Source of the DNA: a virus
Lineage: Duplodnaviria > Caudoviricetes
IMG/VR virus record: IMGVR_UViG_3300035208_005226
Location: 12,315-76,314 of that record
Length of the DNA: 64,000 bases
Strand: one strand, 5' to 3'
In this document: positions 59,100 through 64,000 of the stretch, in pieces
Layout: each line of letters starts with the position of its first letter
Position numbering within the stretch: the stretch's first letter is position 1
Program-made: the position numbers and the translations under genes
Notes under the pieces: generated by a model
Told to the model about the DNA's origin: nothing
Seen by the model: the letters and a program-made list of their open reading frames with translations, nothing else
Databases searched by the model: none

Positions 59100-59486
59100 A
59101 TGGGAGTTGACAATCGTTCTATCCTTCGAGTGGGTCTACTCAAAAAGGCTGTGACTGCAAACACCGCGATAATTAGTGCAGCAGACATTTTGTTAACTGA
59201 TCCTGGATACACCGGTAATGATATAAAACCAAATCAAACTGGATTTGTTGCATATACTGTTGAGGTATTGCCATCTGTGTCTGGATTAGTCAGTGCGGTA
59301 TTTACAAATGCAGCTGGGACTGTAACTGATAGCGGAGTATGTTATACATGTACTGCCGGTTATTTCAATATATTTGAGATTACAATGCGGGCTAAAACAA
59401 ACGAAGGACCGTGGACATTAAATCTTAAGTATAGTCAGACGTGCACTATGACGCTATGTATATCTGAACATGGGGGAGTTGTATAA
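59100..59486 (+). CDS. Small virion protein
   Basis: 128 aa; stop overlaps next ATG. Confidence 0.55.
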   Translation: MGVDNRSILRVGLLKKAVTANTAIISAADILLTDPGYTGNDIKPNQTGFVAYTVEVLPSVSGLVSAVFTNAAGTVTDSGVCYTCTAGYFNIFEITMRAKTNEGPWTLNLKYSQTCTMTLCISEHGGVV

Positions 59487-62400
59487 TGGTGTCATTTCCT
59501 CCAAATCCTTCAAGTGGTGGAGGTAGTGGAACAACAGATCATAGAGTTTTAACAAACCGGGACGCCGAAGAGCAACATCCATCTGAGTCTGTCACTGTTG
59601 ACACCACTAATTTTAATAGAAATTTAACTGAGGCTGATGACACCGTTCAGAAGGCACTTGAAACCCTGGATGAAATGTCGGGTGGATTCACCCCGCAAGT
59701 TACCCACACGATCTATGTAGACAATGCTAGAACTGATGATTACACGCCCGATGGAACGATCGAAAAGCCGTATTTATCAGTTCAAGATGCACATGACAGT
59801 ATAACCGGTACACCGAGCATCACAAATACTTATGGTATTGCGTGTGCTCTAGGAAAACAATATACTGGGACATTAAATATATCAAAAGATTATATAAGTA
59901 TTTTTGGGCACGGGATGAGTAAAGGTGCTGGATTTAAAGGGACACTAAATATCACTTCAAAGCACTTAACTCTTCAGGGAATTCATCTTACTGGAACTTC
60001 ATCGGCAACCAGAGATTGTTATATTAATCTTTCACAAACTGGAGACTTTCTGCTTGAAATTAAAGATTGCAGATTGTCGTATTGTACGATGGTTATTGAG
60101 GCAACTGGAACAAGTGGACAACTTTCAAACAGTTATGTTCAGGTTACTGGTGCAAATGGTCTATGGTTACAAAACACAATTACCTGCACTGGAATCAAAG
60201 GGACTTTGGCTTTAGTTGGTGGATTATACGCTGTAAATACACTAAATGCTTATAATTGTTATTTAATTATGGGTGCAGCAGTTGCAGATAGTAATACAAT
60301 TAATTTAGAATCCGGAACTCTTGCAGAACTTGGTGGTGGATTTCCAGAGAGAAATACCACAAACTTAAAAACTGGTGCTACACTGTATGCTGATGGACTG
60401 TTTGCTGGAAACAGTTTACTCACTGGATACAAAAATGTATTGAATAATACCGGTGGGACTTTACATTTATTGACGGATGGTGGTGGTATTGCTCTTGATA
60501 CTACTAATTTTGATAACAATCTTTCATCTACAGACACAACCGTTCAGACAGCAATGGAGACCCTCAATGATGTTATTGGTGGGTTTACTCCACAGGTTAC
60601 AAAATTACTGTTTGTCGATAAAAACCGGACTGATAGTTATACTCCAGATGGTAGCATAGATAAACCATTTTTGACTATTGGAGCAGCTACAGCAATTGCG
60701 ACAAGCGGAACCACTATTAAAGTTATTCAAGGAACTTATACAGAAGATGTGACGTTACCATCTGGAGTTTGTCTTGAAGGATTTGGCGCAAATTCATTAA
60801 CAATCACTGGAAATGTAGTGGTTTCATCTGGTGCCAATTCATCACTGCGTTACATGATTATTAATGGGGCGCTTACAGTTAATGCGAATTGTATTTTGAT
60901 TGATACTTATGTTGCTGGAGCAATGACTGTAACCGGAACTGCTACAATACAGGCATGGAACTCACATGCAATTCCAGGAACGTCAGGTGTCACTGCACTC
61001 ACAATGTCATCATCTGGGAAGTTCCTGGCAGCATTGTCAACCATTGCTTCCACTGGAGACGCACCATCCATTGCGCAATCAGCAGGACAGGTCATTCTAA
61101 ATACCGTCACAGTTACCGGAGGACGTGCCTCATCTCCAGTAATTAATTCGACTGGCGGAACATTTGTAGGACTCAACACCCAGGTTACAAATTCGCTTGG
61201 TGGACCTGCAATTGATGTGTCATCTTCCGGGTCAACATCATCAAATCCAAATATGCTAGATGGCGTAATAGCAACTGGTAATGTAGTGTGTGGATCTAAA
61301 TCTACAGTTGTTGGAGCACTTGTATTTATTGTTGTGGGTGCATTAACCGGATCGGCGTTGACTTATAAGCCTGCCAGCAGGATTACAAACGATTCGTCTG
61401 TTAGTGGTGCAACGGTAAAAGATGCATTAGAAACACTAGCAGCAAATAGTTACACCCTGCCCACCGCATCCAGTACAATTCTTGGCGGAGTCAAGATAGG
61501 TACAGGAATTGCCATCACAGATGGGGTTATTTCTGTATCTATTGGTAGCCCTCTTATCTTTAAGGGAGTTATTGATTGTTCCGCTTCTCCTAACTACCCT
61601 GCTGCTACAGTCGGAGACGTATACAAAGTTTCAGTAGCCGGAAAGATTGGAAGCAGTTCAGGACCGAATGTTGAAGTAGGAGATATCCTATTATGTTGTG
61701 TAACTTCTGCTGCAGGAACTCACGCGAGTGTAGGAGCAAACTGGTCAATCGAACAGGTTAATATAGACGGGGCTGTTATAGGGCCGGCTTCTGCAACTGA
61801 TAACGCTATTTCCAGATTCGATTCTACAACAGGTAAGATAATTCAGGATTCTCTTGTCACTGTTGATGATTCGGGGTCTATTAATATTCCATCTGGACAG
61901 TCATATAAGAAGGCTGGGACCGCACTCGCTGCAGTAGATGTAGGAGCAGAACCTACAATAGCCACGAAGAACACGGCATTTAATAAGAATTATGGGGCTA
62001 CTGCAACCGATGTTAAGATCAACGGTACTCAGTCAGTTGGATCAATCGATGCAATTGCAAGGATAGACCATATCCATCCGGTAGATACATCAAGAGCAGC
62101 AGTATCTCATTCCCATACAGAGAGCGATGTCACTAACTTGGTAACTGATTTGGCTGGAAAACAACCGATTGATACATTATTAACTGCGATAGCAGCCCTT
62201 ACAGGCACATCAGGGCTTATTCGGGTAACTGGAGACGGAACTTGTGCTCTTGATACTAATACATACCTAACTGCTATCACAAAAACATTGGTGGAGGCTG
62301 TTTTAACCGGAACAATTACATCACACGATCATTCGGGCGTTTATCAATTACTTGATGCCGATCTAACTGCAATAGCCGCATTAACCGGATCCATTGGATT

Positions 62401-62983
62401 ACTCAAAAAGACAGCCGAGGGGACCTGGGTTATTGATACTAGTTCCTACCTGACAGCAAACCAGTCGATCGCTGTCTCCGGCGATGCAACCGGATCAGGT
62501 ACAACCGCAATAGCCCTGACTCTTGCCAATTCCGGGGCAACAGCCGGTACTTACAAATCAGTCACAGTTGATGCAAAAGGCCGGGTTACTGCTGGTTCTA
62601 ACCCGACAACTTTAACCGGATTCGGTATAACTGACGCTGCCTTGGCAGATGATGTCAAGACATGGACCGAAGTCACTGGAACTACACAAGCAATGGCCGT
62701 AAACCGGCGGTATATCGCAAATAACGCCGCACAGGTTGTTTTTACATTGCCGGCGACTGCTGTAGTTGGAGATATCATTGAAGTTGCAGGAAAAGGAGCT
62801 GGAGGATGGCGGATATCGCAAAACGCAAGTCAGCAAATCGTATTCGGAAGTGTGATAACCGCCACCGGGACTGGGGGATACATGTATAGCAATAGCCAAT
62901 ATGAGGCGGTAAAATTGCTTTGTCTGACTGCAAACACGCTGTTTACTGTGCTGCGAGCAACAGGCAGTCCGGAGTTGATATAA
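59486..62983 (+). CDS. Large tail fibre/adhesin with two beta-helix-like modules
   Basis: Duplicated GFTPQVT..VD..RTD.YTPDG.I.KP module; VTVDAKGRVTAG.NPTTL.G.GITDA fibre repeat; C-terminal FTLPATAVVGD. Confidence 0.75.
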   Translation: MVSFPPNPSSGGGSGTTDHRVLTNRDAEEQHPSESVTVDTTNFNRNLTEADDTVQKALETLDEMSGGFTPQVTHTIYVDNARTDDYTPDGTIEKPYLSVQDAHDSITGTPSITNTYGIACALGKQYTGTLNISKDYISIFGHGMSKGAGFKGTLNITSKHLTLQGIHLTGTSSATRDCYINLSQTGDFLLEIKDCRLSYCTMVIEATGTSGQLSNSYVQVTGANGLWLQNTITCTGIKGTLALVGGLYAVNTLNAYNCYLIMGAAVADSNTINLESGTLAELGGGFPERNTTNLKTGATLYADGLFAGNSLLTGYKNVLNNTGGTLHLLTDGGGIALDTTNFDNNLSSTDTTVQTAMETLNDVIGGFTPQVTKLLFVDKNRTDSYTPDGSIDKPFLTIGAATAIATSGTTIKVIQGTYTEDVTLPSGVCLEGFGANSLTITGNVVVSSGANSSLRYMIINGALTVNANCILIDTYVAGAMTVTGTATIQAWNSHAIPGTSGVTALTMSSSGKFLAALSTIASTGDAPSIAQSAGQVILNTVTVTGGRASSPVINSTGGTFVGLNTQVTNSLGGPAIDVSSSGSTSSNPNMLDGVIATGNVVCGSKSTVVGALVFIVVGALTGSALTYKPASRITNDSSVSGATVKDALETLAANSYTLPTASSTILGGVKIGTGIAITDGVISVSIGSPLIFKGVIDCSASPNYPAATVGDVYKVSVAGKIGSSSGPNVEVGDILLCCVTSAAGTHASVGANWSIEQVNIDGAVIGPASATDNAISRFDSTTGKIIQDSLVTVDDSGSINIPSGQSYKKAGTALAAVDVGAEPTIATKNTAFNKNYGATATDVKINGTQSVGSIDAIARIDHIHPVDTSRAAVSHSHTESDVTNLVTDLAGKQPIDTLLTAIAALTGTSGLIRVTGDGTCALDTNTYLTAITKTLVEAVLTGTITSHDHSGVYQLLDADLTAIAALTGSIGLLKKTAEGTWVIDTSSYLTANQSIAVSGDATGSGTTAIALTLANSGATAGTYKSVTVDAKGRVTAGSNPTTLTGFGITDAALADDVKTWTEVTGTTQAMAVNRRYIANNAAQVVFTLPATAVVGDIIEVAGKGAGGWRISQNASQQIVFGSVITATGTGGYMYSNSQYEAVKLLCLTANTLFTVLRATGSPELI

Positions 62984-64000
62984 ATGACAAGACAAAACCA
63001 AATTTTCAGCCGTGGGTATTACGGGCTGGATGATATAATCGGTGTACAGTGGGATTCATCACAAACAACACCTACTTTAAAACGAATCGATGAGGACTTA
63101 GAAGAACTTCCCACAGATTATAACTGGAATAAATATTTTGCAAATCACCCGCTTTTCGGACAGATTAGAAGATGCTCGTTGACTGATGCCGGTGTTGCCA
63201 CGTTTGGAAGCGATGGTAAAGGAACCGGGTTGACGCTTACCTCTGATTACATAATGACTCGTTACAAGAAGCATCATTTCAAATATATCAAAACTGACGG
63301 CACAAAACACAATTGGTTAATCAGTCTTGAACCATCAGCAGGATTTACGAGGCATTACGCGTTTAACCAGCGGGGGCACTCAAGTACTCCGGCAGAACAG
63401 GTCTATGTAGGCTCGTATATGGCGGGGGCGAATGGTGGCACTACAGCGGATAACGGAACAGCCAATACAATTTATGCGACTGATTGGACCGGGCTTAAAC
63501 TTACTAGCAAGTCAGGCAGTAAAGCACTATCTGGTAGTGGTTCTTCCGGCACAATGGCACAATTTGAGGCTGCTGGGAATGCAATTGGAACTGGATGGGG
63601 GAGTGAAAATTTCTGGACTTACTGTATGAGACAACTGTTGTTTTACATCAGATATGCGTCGCTAAACAGTCAGGTTGTCCTCGGAGATGGCAGGACAAAC
63701 CCTAGTAACTTTTGTGCTTCGATTCCAGGAACTTATTTAGATCAAACATCGGCTGGTGCTGGGGTAGATATCCAATCGCTACTCGCTTCAGATGGGAGTT
63801 ATGGGGACCTAGTAGGATCATCATATCGCCCAGTGGTCTATCCTGGGGGAGTCGAAGGACTAATAGGGCTTTGGGAGTTTAAACCTGGGTACAACACAAC
63901 AGATATAAGCCATAGAATTCTTAATCGGGATGGAACCGGGACAATCGCGTCTGTATTGGCTTCTGGGTCATATGAAGAGGTCACGGATCCTGTGCCTTTG
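62984..64000 (+). CDS. C-type-lectin/FGE-like receptor-binding protein (runs off window; absent from ORF track)
   Basis: Hand translation open for 339 codons; VYVGSY, LTSKSG, QFEAAG..IG.GW, QLLFYIRYASLNSQ..LG.G.T, VEGLIGLWEF. Confidence 0.65.
   Translation, partial: MTRQNQIFSRGYYGLDDIIGVQWDSSQTTPTLKRIDEDLEELPTDYNWNKYFANHPLFGQIRRCSLTDAGVATFGSDGKGTGLTLTSDYIMTRYKKHHFKYIKTDGTKHNWLISLEPSAGFTRHYAFNQRGHSSTPAEQVYVGSYMAGANGGTTADNGTANTIYATDWTGLKLTSKSGSKALSGSGSSGTMAQFEAAGNAIGTGWGSENFWTYCMRQLLFYIRYASLNSQVVLGDGRTNPSNFCASIPGTYLDQTSAGAGVDIQSLLASDGSYGDLVGSSYRPVVYPGGVEGLIGLWEFKPGYNTTDISHRILNRDGTGTIASVLASGSYEEVTDPVPL

Larger units (their letters stand above)
1..64000. mobile_element. Segment of a tailed (siphovirus-like) archaeal dsDNA virus, probably of a methanogen
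   Basis: Ordered TerS-TerL-portal-protease-MCP-neck-tail tube-TAC-TMP-tail fibre module on +. Replication genes and small early genes on -. No cellular housekeeping genes and no integrase in the window. Confidence 0.92.

Noticed and set aside
1-64000. Stop-codon reassignment or pyrrolysine read-through
   Set aside because: Long genes are uninterrupted under the standard code, and all three stops end genes at tight junctions
1-64000. Integrated provirus boundaries (integrase, att sites)
   Set aside because: No recombinase or host genes in the window; lifestyle cannot be determined

Overview
The whole window is a segment of a tailed double-stranded DNA virus (Caudoviricetes). It is siphovirus-like: a tail tube and tape measure are present and no sheath gene was seen. 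The host is most likely an archaeon, probably a methanogen. Evidence for that is a family B DNA polymerase, an archaeal-type thymidylate synthase, a TrmB-like regulator, a DUF2341 protein and GGAG/GAGGTGA ribosome-binding sites. No integrase, host genes or CRISPR array were seen. The left arm (1-27.2 kb, minus strand) carries a replication/recombination module (PolB running off the left edge, Sak4-like ATPase, OB-fold SSB), nucleotide metabolism genes and many Cys-rich micro-ORFs. It also has a cluster of tRNA-like elements, a ~1.6 kb non-coding gap and an early-type cassette block. The right arm (27.4-64 kb, plus strand) is the morphogenesis operon: TerS, TerL, portal, protease/scaffold, major capsid, neck, tail tube, tail chaperone with a probable +1 frameshift, a 3330-aa tape-measure-like protein and tail tip/fibre genes. 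Three things stand out: (1) covarying bulge-helix-bulge-like hairpins in the leaders of consecutive early genes, candidate sites for the host tRNA-splicing endonuclease; (2) anticodon-less tRNA minihelices and interrupted tRNA-like genes; (3) an intact DEDDy 3'-5' exonuclease at the N-terminus of the giant tape-measure protein. All calls come from reading motifs by eye; no database searches or folding programs were run.
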